Positions 9,306 through 19,481 of a DNA stretch of 64,000 nt are shown here, piece by piece. Origin of the DNA: a virus; IMG/VR virus record IMGVR_UViG_3300025718_000002, positions 1 through 64,000 of that record. The stretch is one strand, 5' to 3'. Numbering within the stretch: the stretch's first letter is position 1; every line of letters starts with the position of its first letter. Position numbers and translations under genes: made by a program. The notes under the pieces were generated by a model, which made no database searches, was not told the origin of the DNA, and worked only from the letters and a program-made list of their open reading frames with translations.

Positions 9306-9560
9306 CTATTTACACATCCTTAAATATGTTTCTGACATTTCGCTTATTACATTTCCTAGTGCTGAAATAAATAATACTTGCCTATTATGTTTTGTTCTAT
9401 CTATAGCCCCAGACTTTAAAAGATGTTGCACTTGATACAGAAATTTATCAGCTATTTCTTTAGCCTCATCCTCTGCACATTCTAAAGTTACTTGTTCGTA
9501 CATTCTGGGCTGTCTAGGTTGCCCAGCTATCAAATTCCTTTTCATATAATTTACCTCCAT
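9306..9560 (-). CDS. Hypothetical protein
   Basis: ORF track. It is tightly packed with its neighbours. Confidence 0.45.
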   Translation of the reverse strand: MEVNYMKRNLIAGQPRQPRMYEQVTLECAEDEAKEIADKFLYQVQHLLKSGAIDRTKHNRQVLFISALGNVISEMSETYLRMCK

Positions 9561-9688
9561 TTTCCTGTAAATGGGATAACATCGCGCTCACACCTACGCG
9601 CCCATTGTTTATAACTCCACTTTTGGTATATCGCGATAATTACAACTAATAAAGCAACTAGAAACACTTTATCCATTTTAACTACTCC

Positions 9689-9901
9689 TTATTCCACAAT
9701 TTCAAATACAATATCTTTTCTCACTGGTGTATCGCTTTCATAGTAACCATCTTTACTAGGGTAACAAGTGTACCATTCCATTGATACTGTATCTTGATTG
9801 AAATATCTGCCTTTATCATTTCCCTCTACTTGCCTGTAGACGTTTTTGCAAAATCCACTTTCTGAATGGTGAAATTCAACTTTAATAACCTTATTTTCCA
9901 T
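9689..9901 (-). CDS. Hypothetical protein
   Basis: ORF track. Confidence 0.4.
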   Translation of the reverse strand: MENKVIKVEFHHSESGFCKNVYRQVEGNDKGRYFNQDTVSMEWYTCYPSKDGYYESDTPVRKDIVFEIVE

Positions 9902-9904
9902 AGT

Positions 9905-10735
9905 TTACTCCTTTTCAAAACCTTTTTCTATGCAATATTTCAACATGTTATCCATTACAATAACGCTAGTATCTGGTATTGTAGATTCAAAAATGGATTC
10001 CATAATATTAATAGTGCCATAACTGGCGAGTAGTTTGTGCATTTTGTGTATTGCCTCATCAGTCATTTTAACTGAAAAGCGTTCCTCAATTTTCTTACTT
10101 ATCTGGGTAAAGTGATTAGAACTAAATCCACCCCAACAATTATCCCTCATCCACCCCTTATACACACCTAACAGGTAAGCAATACCTTCGCCATTAAGAA
10201 AGTCATTCTTCTTTGAAGATGTAATTTCCATTCCTTTGTAAGCCCACGTCTGCCAGTCATTAGGGCGAGCATATTCAAGGTATCCAAAATATTCATTGAG
10301 TCTGCTATTTACTTTTTCAGTGATTTCACCAATTTTATCTCTATAAATGCCTTTTAACTGGTCTTTTGTATATTTTTCTACTGTAATAATATTCACGATA
10401 GGAGGAGCAGGGGAAATAGGGGGAGCAATAACTTTGGCTACTTTATTTTTATGAGTAAATTTCACACATGATTTGAATTTTACGTTAGTATCAAGCCCCT
10501 CTAAGGACTCTTTATTAAGTATTTTTCTAAGTAGGGGAATAGCTTTTTTTGCTGTCTCTACTCCTACCATTCTTTCATTAACGTCACTTTTCCACCCTGC
10601 GATAGTGGCAGAAGATACATGAAAAGTATCTTGTAGTTCTTTAGCATCCATAATACCATTTTTAACAATATCTCTAAGTAATATAGCTACTTCAAGTTTT
10701 AATTCATCATTGGTCATAACTTCGATATCTTGCAT
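9905..10735 (-). CDS. Hypothetical protein (possible N-terminal DNA-binding region)
   Basis: ORF track. No recognisable catalytic motif. Confidence 0.5.
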   Translation of the reverse strand: MQDIEVMTNDELKLEVAILLRDIVKNGIMDAKELQDTFHVSSATIAGWKSDVNERMVGVETAKKAIPLLRKILNKESLEGLDTNVKFKSCVKFTHKNKVAKVIAPPISPAPPIVNIITVEKYTKDQLKGIYRDKIGEITEKVNSRLNEYFGYLEYARPNDWQTWAYKGMEITSSKKNDFLNGEGIAYLLGVYKGWMRDNCWGGFSSNHFTQISKKIEERFSVKMTDEAIHKMHKLLASYGTINIMESIFESTIPDTSVIVMDNMLKYCIEKGFEKE

Positions 10736-10906
10736 GTTTAAAACTCCTTTTAAATATTAATAACATAAATAAAACAACAAATAGATATTAAAGCAAGTAT
10801 AAAAGATAATGCTAGAACATAATCACATGTAATAATATTGTAAAAATTATCAGACATTAAAGTCACCCCTTTACATATCAAAAAGAGGGGACAAGCCCCT
10901 CAATTA

Positions 10907-11983
10907 TTATTCTGCTTCTTGAAACAAGATCTCAGGAGTGGTATTTTCTTCTTCTTTCTTATCATCAGGTTTTGCAAGTTGAGAATGAATATGACGTGTA
11001 TCTTCCTGTGGTGCTGGGACTCTATCAGCTACTTCCTCTAAAGTCTCCACTACTTCATCATGGTTGAAATGACCATACATAATTCTATCGCGCTTAATCC
11101 ACTTAGTATAGTTATTCATACCACCACCACAATTATCTTTGTATCCAGCAGGATATTTCTTAAAGAATTCAGTGATACGTTTAGTGAATTCAGCAATCTC
11201 TAGGCGTTGACCATTAACAGCATGGAGGATCATGGGGAAGTGGGACTTCTTAAAGTATGACGCAAATTGTTTGTCAGTTAATGTCAGCTTGTAGAGGTAG
11301 TCCAATTTATCATGAAATTCTTGCACTAACACTGGATTAATGCCATCTTTTCTAAGGCTGGCAGTATATTTAGCAATTTCTACAGCAGATAGATTTTCAC
11401 AAACACCTTCTAAAACCATCATGCTATGAACTACTAATTCTTCGTCACCTTTATTGTTTCTAGCAGTGTCAGACAAGCCAATTTTAGCAAATAGGGGATG
11501 TTTGCAAATACTTTGAATTTCATCTAACACATCAGTGCCAGCGTCAACCCTTGTTAAGTCCCATTTCTTCAACGCAACACCATGATTAAGTTTTTTAAAC
11601 ATGATATTACGCTCATCGTCAGTCATATCTTTGTAATAGACTAGGCTGAATTTGAAAGTGTCAATGACTTTCTTAGCATCTGCGTCAAGTTCGCTATACA
11701 GCTTGCCTTCATATGTAGTAAATTCATCATTAGTAAAGGCAAGGACAGTGGACGTTCTTTGTTTTCCGTCCAGCACTTCATAAACATCATTTACAAATCT
11801 GGCAACTAGTTGTGGGACATGGTATCCATTAATAATGCTGTGAATAAGATCCTGTTTATTATCCTCAGTCCATACAAAACCTCTTTGAAAACCAACGTGG
11901 TAGCACAAAACACCATCATTAATCATTTTACAAATTTGTACAGTAGTTTTAGCATCAGTATGTTTTTTAGCAGTTAATAACAT
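10907..11983 (-). CDS. DUF262 / ParB-like nuclease domain protein
   Basis: HVGFQRGFVWTEDNKQ followed by VLDGKQRTST matches the DUF262 signatures (QRxxVW ... DGQQR). An acidic C-terminal tail is present. Confidence 0.7.
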   Translation of the reverse strand: MLLTAKKHTDAKTTVQICKMINDGVLCYHVGFQRGFVWTEDNKQDLIHSIINGYHVPQLVARFVNDVYEVLDGKQRTSTVLAFTNDEFTTYEGKLYSELDADAKKVIDTFKFSLVYYKDMTDDERNIMFKKLNHGVALKKWDLTRVDAGTDVLDEIQSICKHPLFAKIGLSDTARNNKGDEELVVHSMMVLEGVCENLSAVEIAKYTASLRKDGINPVLVQEFHDKLDYLYKLTLTDKQFASYFKKSHFPMILHAVNGQRLEIAEFTKRITEFFKKYPAGYKDNCGGGMNNYTKWIKRDRIMYGHFNHDEVVETLEEVADRVPAPQEDTRHIHSQLAKPDDKKEEENTTPEILFQEAE

Positions 11984-12082
11984 TTATAAACATCTCCTAT
12001 TCTTTTTTTGAGTATCTAATTCAATACCTTATTATATCATGCAAAAAGGTGAATAGCAAGGGGATTTCTCCCCTTTTACTAG

Positions 12083-13084
12083 TTATTTTGCAATTATTTT
12101 TCTAGTTTGCTCTTTAAGCAAGTTAAGATCATCCTCAATCTCAGTAAGATTGACTTGCAAAAGTTCTTTATAGTCTTTTACAAGTGCCATTTGATCGTTG
12201 AATTTAAGCACTGCACCATTAATTTTAGACTCAGTAAATTGATTGTCTTTAAGTAACAAGCTGAATTCTGTGATAAGTTCTTTAATAGTATTCTTTGAGG
12301 ATAGTATTTTTGCGTCTCCTCCAAAGAGTTTAATAACGTCTGCTACGTTAGTGGATATATCATCTACAAGATGTTTTTCTATCATATTAGATTGATGTTG
12401 ATTCTCTATTTCATCCCTAGGAATCAAAGGAATTGTTTCAATTTCACAATTAGAGTTAATTTCTTGTAACATACCAGCAAACTTTTTAAGTAGTTCACAG
12501 TTTTTAAAGGGGATAAACTCCACACCACCTGATTTTCTCATAGAGATACCAGACATGTCACGAATGAAGTTCTTTGTCATTCTGCGAATAGCGTCACCAG
12601 TGTAAAATTCGCTGTATCTGTTATATTTTGTGACAACATCTTTCATCATATCACTGTAATTATAGTCAATTACCTTAATGTCTACAAGGTCAGTGTTACG
12701 ATCATATCTAGCAGTAGCAATATGCCTCTTATCTGCGTTAATAGTGGCATTCATGTCATTTTTAAGGATCTCTTGATCTAATTCCCTGCTAGAAGGTCTT
12801 TCAAAGGTGCGAATGATCTCGTCTTTATCTGAAATAATCTCATCAACCTTAACCTGCGATACTTTCTTAGAAGGAATTACCTCTCTTGTAGCAGTACGAA
12901 AAGCATCAGCCTTACAGATCTTAGCAGGGAGGTAGCTAGAGGGAATACCATGCTTAATTGCTAGGGTATAAAGGTCAGTGTCTTTAATTTCTACTGACTC
13001 AGGAATAGTGTACCATGAAACATAACCCCAAACTTTGATATTAGGAACATTTCCAGCTACAGCAACAAAATCATTACTAGTCAT
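12083..13084 (-). CDS. Hypothetical protein (333 aa) in operon with vWA/MoxR genes
   Basis: ORF track. Same strand and close spacing. Confidence 0.5.
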   Translation of the reverse strand: MTSNDFVAVAGNVPNIKVWGYVSWYTIPESVEIKDTDLYTLAIKHGIPSSYLPAKICKADAFRTATREVIPSKKVSQVKVDEIISDKDEIIRTFERPSSRELDQEILKNDMNATINADKRHIATARYDRNTDLVDIKVIDYNYSDMMKDVVTKYNRYSEFYTGDAIRRMTKNFIRDMSGISMRKSGGVEFIPFKNCELLKKFAGMLQEINSNCEIETIPLIPRDEIENQHQSNMIEKHLVDDISTNVADVIKLFGGDAKILSSKNTIKELITEFSLLLKDNQFTESKINGAVLKFNDQMALVKDYKELLQVNLTEIEDDLNLLKEQTRKIIAK

Positions 13085-13342
13085 TCTTAAAACCTCTTTT
13101 ACATTTATTTAAGGGAGTATTTAGCCCTTACCTAATGCCTAGCCCTAGGTTAGATCTTAGGTAAAGGCGAAAAGCCTCTACAGTTTACAGTAGTTTAATT
13201 CTTCGTATTGCCTCTCTTAAAATATGTATTTTCTCAATCGCAATGTGTCTATCACTATCTGGAAGGTCAAGGTTTACAGCAACACTAGCTAATTCTTTTA
13301 ATATTGCTTCTAATTTCTCAATATCAGTCATGATTTCACCTC

Positions 13343-14896
13343 CTAGATATTACTATACATTACTTCTAGGTTTTTGTCACTAATTTCTAGTATCTGGTCA
13401 CACCACGAAAGATCACCATATCTTTTAGCTTGTTCAGCATTTAGCCCAATAACCATCATATACACTGAGCAATCTTTTTGACTCTTAATAACTAGTATTT
13501 CATCTAACTGTGTACCACTAATGCGACACTCACCATCAGTGATAATTACTACATCAGCTTTATTCCAAGCAGACTCACCAATCTTTTTAAAAGCCCACCT
13601 AAGAGGCTGTTCAAAGTTCGTCCCTCCACCATAGGAGAATTCAGCTAATTCTACAAGTTGCATAGGAGTCATTTTCTTTCCCTTTTCTGCTTCACCTGTA
13701 TGTTGTGCATCTCTACCAGAGAAGATGTTATAAGCAAAACCTCTTTGCTGTTTCTTTGCTGTATCAGCTAGGGATAGTGCTATAGCCTTAGCCCATACAC
13801 TTCTAGTATATGCACCTTCTCTATCATCCATACTACCAGAGGAGTCAATAAGGCAAATAATATCACCTTGTCCAGCAGAATCACGATTATTAAGATCATA
13901 CTGCAATAATTTCTTCTCAACAAAGTCCTTATAAAAGACCTTTTTGAGAATGGGATTTTTAAGCTTAACAAGTTCTTGCGTTAGTAGGTGATTAATGTCA
14001 TTACCCTGAGTAATATCATGTATTTCGCACTTATTCTCAGAGAGTTTAGCCTTTTTACTATTACGAGATATTGCCTTTAACCTGCCTACTAATTTAGCCA
14101 CTTCTTTCAAGTTACGACTATTCTTTACAGCTTTTAGAAGTGCTGACTTGTTTTCAAATGATTCTCTTTTTAATTCACCATTGCCAATGCCAAAACCATT
14201 AAATACAGCATCATTTTCCTCTGCTTGCTCTAATGCCTCAGTCACAGCATTGTTAACAGCCCTTCTCATTGCACCATTAGCCCTATCTAAACTATCTTGT
14301 AAGGCTTGTGCCTCTTCTGGGGTGATATCATATTCATATTCAATGTTTTCTTCTCCTGTTTCATCACTAGGAGAATCATCACCAGTACCATCGCTAGGGC
14401 TTACAGTAATTTCGTCAGGTATATCACCACCACCACCACCAGATTGCCCACCTGTTTTATCTGGATCAAAGGTCACTTTAACTTTGCGCTTTTCCATAGC
14501 TTCATTAGTCTTTTTAATAGCGTCTTGGATATCTGGGTTATTTTCCATAACTGATACTATTTCCTGTGTAACAGTTTGGCATCCTAATGCGCTCCCAAAC
14601 TCATCCAATTGAGTGTACTCTCTAAGCTGTTTATATGTCTGAGATTCCAACATCTTTTCAATTTGCTGTTTGTTGTATTTATGAGTCAAAGGAACTTCTG
14701 TAGCTAGTTCAGCTTTTTCTGGTTTATACAGTGAGTAGAAGATATCCCTTGAAAGATCTTCAAAGGTTGATAGGGTTTTGACTCCCTTATCAATGGTCTT
14801 TTTTAACGTAGGCGATTGTTCAATTAGATCATTAGCAATCATTGTATCAAACATATCATGCTTTATAACTTGCATATGAATAACCCTCCTTTGCAA
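13343..14896 (-). CDS. von Willebrand factor A (vWA) domain protein
   Basis: A MIDAS motif DIICLIDSSGSMDD lies in the C-terminal domain. A Gly/acidic linker GGQSGGGGGDIPDE is present. The gene sits next to the MoxR ATPase gene. Confidence 0.7.
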   Translation of the reverse strand: MQRRVIHMQVIKHDMFDTMIANDLIEQSPTLKKTIDKGVKTLSTFEDLSRDIFYSLYKPEKAELATEVPLTHKYNKQQIEKMLESQTYKQLREYTQLDEFGSALGCQTVTQEIVSVMENNPDIQDAIKKTNEAMEKRKVKVTFDPDKTGGQSGGGGGDIPDEITVSPSDGTGDDSPSDETGEENIEYEYDITPEEAQALQDSLDRANGAMRRAVNNAVTEALEQAEENDAVFNGFGIGNGELKRESFENKSALLKAVKNSRNLKEVAKLVGRLKAISRNSKKAKLSENKCEIHDITQGNDINHLLTQELVKLKNPILKKVFYKDFVEKKLLQYDLNNRDSAGQGDIICLIDSSGSMDDREGAYTRSVWAKAIALSLADTAKKQQRGFAYNIFSGRDAQHTGEAEKGKKMTPMQLVELAEFSYGGGTNFEQPLRWAFKKIGESAWNKADVVIITDGECRISGTQLDEILVIKSQKDCSVYMMVIGLNAEQAKRYGDLSWCDQILEISDKNLEVMYSNI

Positions 14897-14980
14897 GATT
14901 CATCAGCAAAAACTGATAAGTTGCTACACTTATCAGTCCTGCCTTTAGTTGTTTTTTAGCGTACAATATTGAATTTTCCA

Positions 14981-16162
14981 TTATAAACCTAATAATACAG
15001 AGACAATTTCTTCGTTCATTTTCTTAATTTCCAGTAAACGTGCCTCTGCTTTACTAGTACCTACGCCATTGGCTTGCATAATAGCATTTTTAAGTTGATT
15101 CTGCGCTAATTTAAGCTTGTGATTTGCCTCAGTAGCTTTAGCAGATCTAGTTGCTCCTTCTGGCTCTACCTTAACAATGTTTGCAAGTTCAGCGCAAGCA
15201 TCATATATTTCATTTGCCTTAACTGTGAGTGGATTTCCTAGAGATAAGACAATTTTACGAATAGGTTTAATTTGCTCAGGCTCATCCCACAAAAGGTGAC
15301 AGAAAATCTCAATATCATCTTCATTAACCTCTTGTCTACCTTCTAGCCAAGCATTAGCCTTTAGGTATCGCAAGCTATTACGGAATTTTCTATCTGAGAT
15401 AGAATACCCATCAACTTTTAATTTCTTCCAGAGCGTTACCAATGTCCCACGAATAAAGGAGGCAGGTACGGACACTAGCTGTGCCTCAATCTGTGCTTGT
15501 TTTAATTGACCTAGGGTAATAGATAGGGCAGGCTTAATACTAGCTAATTCCAACATACTAATAAAGTTCTTTTCTTCTGCTATGTAGTCTACCATGTAGC
15601 GTAATTCAAACCTGTCATACAATGGTGCTAGTTCGCCAGTTACGCCACCCTCTGGAAGTTCATTGGAACATCCTACAGCCCCCATTAATGGAATCTCAAT
15701 AGGTGAGCCACCATCATTAAAATAAACACGTTCATTTAGGATAGAAAGGTGAGAATTTAAAAGTGCCATGTTTGATTTAAAAATCTCGTCAAGAACTGCA
15801 AAGTGAGCAGTAGGTAATTTCCCTGCAACATTACGAATATAGTTATCATTCTCTAATTCTTTCAAAGAGAGAGAACCAAAAACATCTTCCATAGTTGACA
15901 TACGATTGTATAGTCTATGAAATAGTTGACTTCCTTCAATCTGTGAAGCTAATGCCTCTACAAGTGCTGTTTTAGCAGATCCCTTGCCACCTAAGAGAAG
16001 TACGTTACCTCTTGCAATGGCTGTTACTAACAAACCTCTTACCTCATCTTGACGTTCAAAGAAGGTAGCATTAAGAGTCTTTTCGATTGCTTGGAAAGAG
16101 GTGGAATTAACTGGTTCTCCTTTTATTTCCTGATAGGTAGGTTGAATAAATTTAGTTGTCAT
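14981..16162 (-). CDS. MoxR-type AAA+ ATPase
   Basis: Walker A is NVLLLGGKGSAKTALVEALA. Walker B is HFAVLDEIFK. The ERQDEVRGLLVTAIA pre-Walker helix is typical of MoxR/RavA. Confidence 0.8.
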   Translation of the reverse strand: MTTKFIQPTYQEIKGEPVNSTSFQAIEKTLNATFFERQDEVRGLLVTAIARGNVLLLGGKGSAKTALVEALASQIEGSQLFHRLYNRMSTMEDVFGSLSLKELENDNYIRNVAGKLPTAHFAVLDEIFKSNMALLNSHLSILNERVYFNDGGSPIEIPLMGAVGCSNELPEGGVTGELAPLYDRFELRYMVDYIAEEKNFISMLELASIKPALSITLGQLKQAQIEAQLVSVPASFIRGTLVTLWKKLKVDGYSISDRKFRNSLRYLKANAWLEGRQEVNEDDIEIFCHLLWDEPEQIKPIRKIVLSLGNPLTVKANEIYDACAELANIVKVEPEGATRSAKATEANHKLKLAQNQLKNAIMQANGVGTSKAEARLLEIKKMNEEIVSVLLGL

Positions 16163-16203
16163 GTATTTAAAACACCTTTCTATGGGTAAATTTTATGCCC
16201 ATA

Positions 16204-16248
16204 CAGTAGCATTTAATCACTATTTTATAATTTAAATGCTACTGTAGA
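16204..16248. promoter_or_regulatory. Perfect 14-bp inverted repeat (ACAGTAGCATTTAA ... TTAAATGCTACTGT)
   Basis: Seen directly. It lies between a small Zn-finger ORF and the moxR start. It is either an intergenic terminator or an operator. Confidence 0.5.
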
Positions 16249-16269
16249 AGCATAAAGCCTCTACTTACT

Positions 16270-16428
16270 ATGCTGGAATATGCTTGGAGCAGTGCCATTT
16301 GTCAGTATCAATTTCTTTACCTTTGTTTGTAAAGTCACCACACACTACACATACTTGGAAGTCTTTAAACTCACACTTGAAACATAGCGATCCAGTTTTA
16401 CATTTATCACACTTATTTTCTTTCATTT
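16270..16428 (-). CDS. Small Cys-rich (CxxC x3) protein, about 52 aa
   Basis: The reverse strand reads MKENKCDKCKTGSLCFKCEFKDFQVCVVCGDF...WHCSKH. It is below the ORF-track cut-off. Confidence 0.35.
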
Positions 16429-16611
16429 CTTTTTACCTAATTCAAAACTATCAGTAGTTAGTTTACATACAATTTCAGTGTGAGTAGAATATATATCTTC
16501 TGCTAATAATTTAATTCTGTAATTGATTGCTTCTTTCTCAGTATCAAATATTCTAATGGGTGATTTTGAACTATGATGTGGATTGACCATAAATTTAATA
16601 ATTCCTTTCAC
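16423..16611 (-). CDS. Hypothetical protein
   Basis: ORF track. Confidence 0.4.
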   Translation of the reverse strand: MKGIIKFMVNPHHSSKSPIRIFDTEKEAINYRIKLLAEDIYSTHTEIVCKLTTDSFELGKKK

Positions 16612-16796
16612 TATTTACCCTCCCAAAATACATTATAATCTTTACCAGTGATATAAAGGTATACCCTGCAATACGCAAGACATACCTTTTCAATTACATA
16701 TTCCTTATTATGATTAGCTTCAAAACCAGCGAAGAATAACCATTCTGCTACTTTAAAAAACATGACGTTCAGGGATAAGTGGAGCGTCACCTTCAA
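16611..16796 (-). CDS. Hypothetical protein (start probably internal to the listed ORF)
   Basis: ORF track. It overlaps the upstream gene by 44 nt. Confidence 0.35.
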   Translation of the reverse strand: MKVTLHLSLNVMFFKVAEWLFFAGFEANHNKEYVIEKVCLAYCRVYLYITGKDYNVFWEGK

Positions 16797-17367
16797 GTTG
16801 TATTCTATACTGTATATCTGTGACTAGCTTACCACTTGAAATTATGTACTTTTGAGCCTCTAGATTGGCATGGTGATCATCTTTACCTGTGACCCTTGTG
16901 TAAAATTCCTCTTTGCCATTCTTAGTAATGTATAGCTTGTAACTAGGGAATACATTCCATTTTTCTGCTGTCAGAAAGCAATTAAACATATCATGGTTGA
17001 AAAGTTCCTTGTATCCAGAATCAATAAGGTAATTAAGTAAATTACTAGGAGAATCATTTAACATATAGCCATGATCGTCACGTTCTTTTTCGCGCCATTT
17101 CCAAAAGTTAGACAGCATATTTGCAACAAACTTAAAACTATCAGCGTTAGAACTAGACATATCAGCCTTTAAACCATACCAATCAATATCAGTGGTAGTT
17201 TTTTGAAACGTTACATCAAATCTGTCACGACCAAAGGAAATATATCCTAGTTCATCATCATCATTAGAGTAGCCACTAAGTTGAAACACTCTAATTAGTA
17301 ATTGATCGTATCCATGAGAGTTAGCCACAGGGAACACATGAAAGTAACCTTTTGTTTTCTTTGCCAT
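16753..17367 (-). CDS. Hypothetical protein (204 aa)
   Basis: ORF track. Confidence 0.5.
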   Translation of the reverse strand: MAKKTKGYFHVFPVANSHGYDQLLIRVFQLSGYSNDDDELGYISFGRDRFDVTFQKTTTDIDWYGLKADMSSSNADSFKFVANMLSNFWKWREKERDDHGYMLNDSPSNLLNYLIDSGYKELFNHDMFNCFLTAEKWNVFPSYKLYITKNGKEEFYTRVTGKDDHHANLEAQKYIISSGKLVTDIQYRIQLEGDAPLIPERHVF

Positions 17368-17393
17368 TGTAAAACCTCTTTTTTATTTAATAC

Positions 17394-17434
17394 AGGGTAT
17401 AAATTAGTTGATTTTAACTACTACTTAGAGAGAG
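17394..17434. repeat. 41-bp element, copy A (second copy at 21383-21423, 39/41 identical, same orientation)
   Basis: agggtataaattagttgattttaactactacttagagagag compared with agggtataaaatagttgattttaactactacttagagaggg. Confidence 0.8.
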
Positions 17435-17476
17435 TCTTTTTTAAATCTTTAGCTTTACCAACAAACAAGAAAATAA

Positions 17477-17734
17477 TCATACCTCTGTATATCCTAGGCT
17501 AGTGAAATGCTTGCGATAATCATTAATGGCAATAGATGTTGATTTTGTACTAAAAGATCCATAATGAACTGAAAAGATACTTTCTTTGTCATTTACTACA
17601 CAAATTGTAGTGTCGTAATAGTAAAAATTACGGATCGTACCAAACAAAGTAACTACCTTGTGATTGCCTAGCTTAATTGGAGTTGTTGATTGTACTAGTT
17701 TTTTGACTGTTTCCAGCATGACTGTACACCTCAT
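17477..17734 (-). CDS. Hypothetical protein
   Basis: ORF track. Confidence 0.45.
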   Translation of the reverse strand: MRCTVMLETVKKLVQSTTPIKLGNHKVVTLFGTIRNFYYYDTTICVVNDKESIFSVHYGSFSTKSTSIAINDYRKHFTSLGYTEV

Positions 17735-17739
17735 TAATT

Positions 17740-19025
17740 AATCTTAGAACACAAATAGCGTCCTAGGTATATGCAATAAGCCACTTGACGCTTATTAACT
17801 ATACCCAAGACGCTAATCTTGGGAAAATATGTTAACTACCATTTAAGATAGCTGTTTTTCATATGGCTTTTACTAGGTACTTACCTAGCTGTTACCCTAC
17901 TCACCACTTCTACGACACATCTATTTTAATCATGCTTCACAGCATTCCCTATTATTGTAGGTTTATTTTTACACTTGCTTTTGGACTGAGCCTCTGCTCT
18001 TTTCAATTCTTCTGGAGTGCTTATTATGCACTAAGGAAGATTCCTATTTGCAAGCAACAACTACTAAGGGTTTTGTGCCTGTGTATGAGGGTATAACCTG
18101 CTGTATGTACTTTTCAAAGACCATTGGCTAGGGTACGCTTTGACTTGCTACTGATAGCTTGCACTGTGTAGAGAATCAGCCCATACATTCCAGTGTACTA
18201 TCAAGAGTAGTAGTATCAGAGGGTACGCTTCATTGCCATTTGCGAATATGTTATTCAGAATTCGCATAAGAGAAGGGAAAGTTTGTGTGTACTACTTAGT
18301 ACACTGTGATTGTATCACTTGGAGTAGTTCGCTGTCAAGTCCTAACTTTCAATGTAGCGTATACTAGCAAGAAACTAGTTGCTTACCAGACACTGAATGA
18401 TTGACCATGACTTATACTACCATGATACAGTTCAATTTGTCAACAACTATTTAAAAGGTCTTTTTACAGTGCAAGTTGTTAATTAAAATTGGAACTAACA
18501 CTATAATACCATAAGGGGTATATATAGTCAATACATTATTTGCATTTAAAAGGCATTTTAAGAATTAATTATTTAAACCGTTGAATAATTCATGCTTATA
18601 TAGAAGGAAGATATCATCAAAACATCCATGAGTGTGGGCTGTGGCTGGGCTAGAGGTGGGGCAAAGTGCAATTGTTAATACTTTGTGGATAAGTTGTTTT
18701 ACGACTAGCTAGTCAATTCAACTAGGTTGAGAGATCTCAGGATATGAGTATTACAGGGTATGTGCAGATATAAAAATCAACCTTGCCACCTTTACGGCTG
18801 TTTAAAAGGACTTTTAAAAACACTCAAATGGTAAACTATAGGCTATTATGGTAAACTAAAAGGCTTACATGGGAGGAGTTACCAGTAAGGCTCAAAATCG
18901 TGGAAAAACAATTATTAAACAGTATCAATTAAGCTATATAGTAGGTAACACTACTAACTAAGCTAGTATCAAGAACTAGATCATTTCATCCTAGGGTATA
19001 CCTAGGATAGAGTAAAGGAGAACTT
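17740..19025. other. 1.3-kb ORF-free, GC-richer, hairpin-dense region upstream of terS. Candidate large structured ncRNA and/or packaging-site or origin region.
   Basis: There is no ORF of 60 aa or more on either strand apart from one low-complexity artefact. It contains many local palindromes (for example GTGTACTACTTAGTACAC, TGCGAAT..ATTCGCA), G-rich islands and AAAAGGTCTTTT motif copies. Confidence 0.4.
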
Positions 19026-19466
19026 ATGACAGTAAATAAGAAGCTAACAATTAAGCAGGAGAAGTTTGTCAATGAATATGTTGATACAGGGAATGGTAGA
19101 CAGTCAGTAATAGAGGCTGGTTATAATGTTGCCAATGGGAATGTTGCAGGGGCAATTGCATGTGAAAACTTAACAAAACCAAATGTAGCACTTGCGATTG
19201 TGACCAAAAAGGCACAAATAGCAGAGTTATTGGAACAAGAAAGTATGTCACTACTCACTGAGTTGTTAAGTATTTCAAAAAATAGCCCATCAGACGCAGT
19301 GAGGCTAAAAGCATGTCAAGACCTATTAGACAGAGCAGGATATAACGCTAAGAAGGATTTGACAATATCTGGTGGAGATACAGCAATTACTATAGAGACT
19401 AGGCATACAAGTGAACTAGCTAAACGTGCTAGAGAGATGATGGTACAGACAGCAATCGACATATAA
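19026..19466 (+). CDS. terS: Terminase small subunit
   Basis: LTIKQEKFVNEYVDTGNGRQSVIEAGY matches the conserved N-terminal HTH of small terminase proteins. It lies directly upstream of terL. Confidence 0.8.
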   Translation: MTVNKKLTIKQEKFVNEYVDTGNGRQSVIEAGYNVANGNVAGAIACENLTKPNVALAIVTKKAQIAELLEQESMSLLTELLSISKNSPSDAVRLKACQDLLDRAGYNAKKDLTISGGDTAITIETRHTSELAKRAREMMVQTAIDI

Positions 19467-19481
19467 CGACATTATATTATG

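Noticed and set aside
14148-14612. 154-aa and 82-aa plus-strand ORFs inside the vWA gene
   Set aside because: They are antisense to a well-supported minus-strand gene. The translations are low-complexity (S/P/L-rich) with no RBS.
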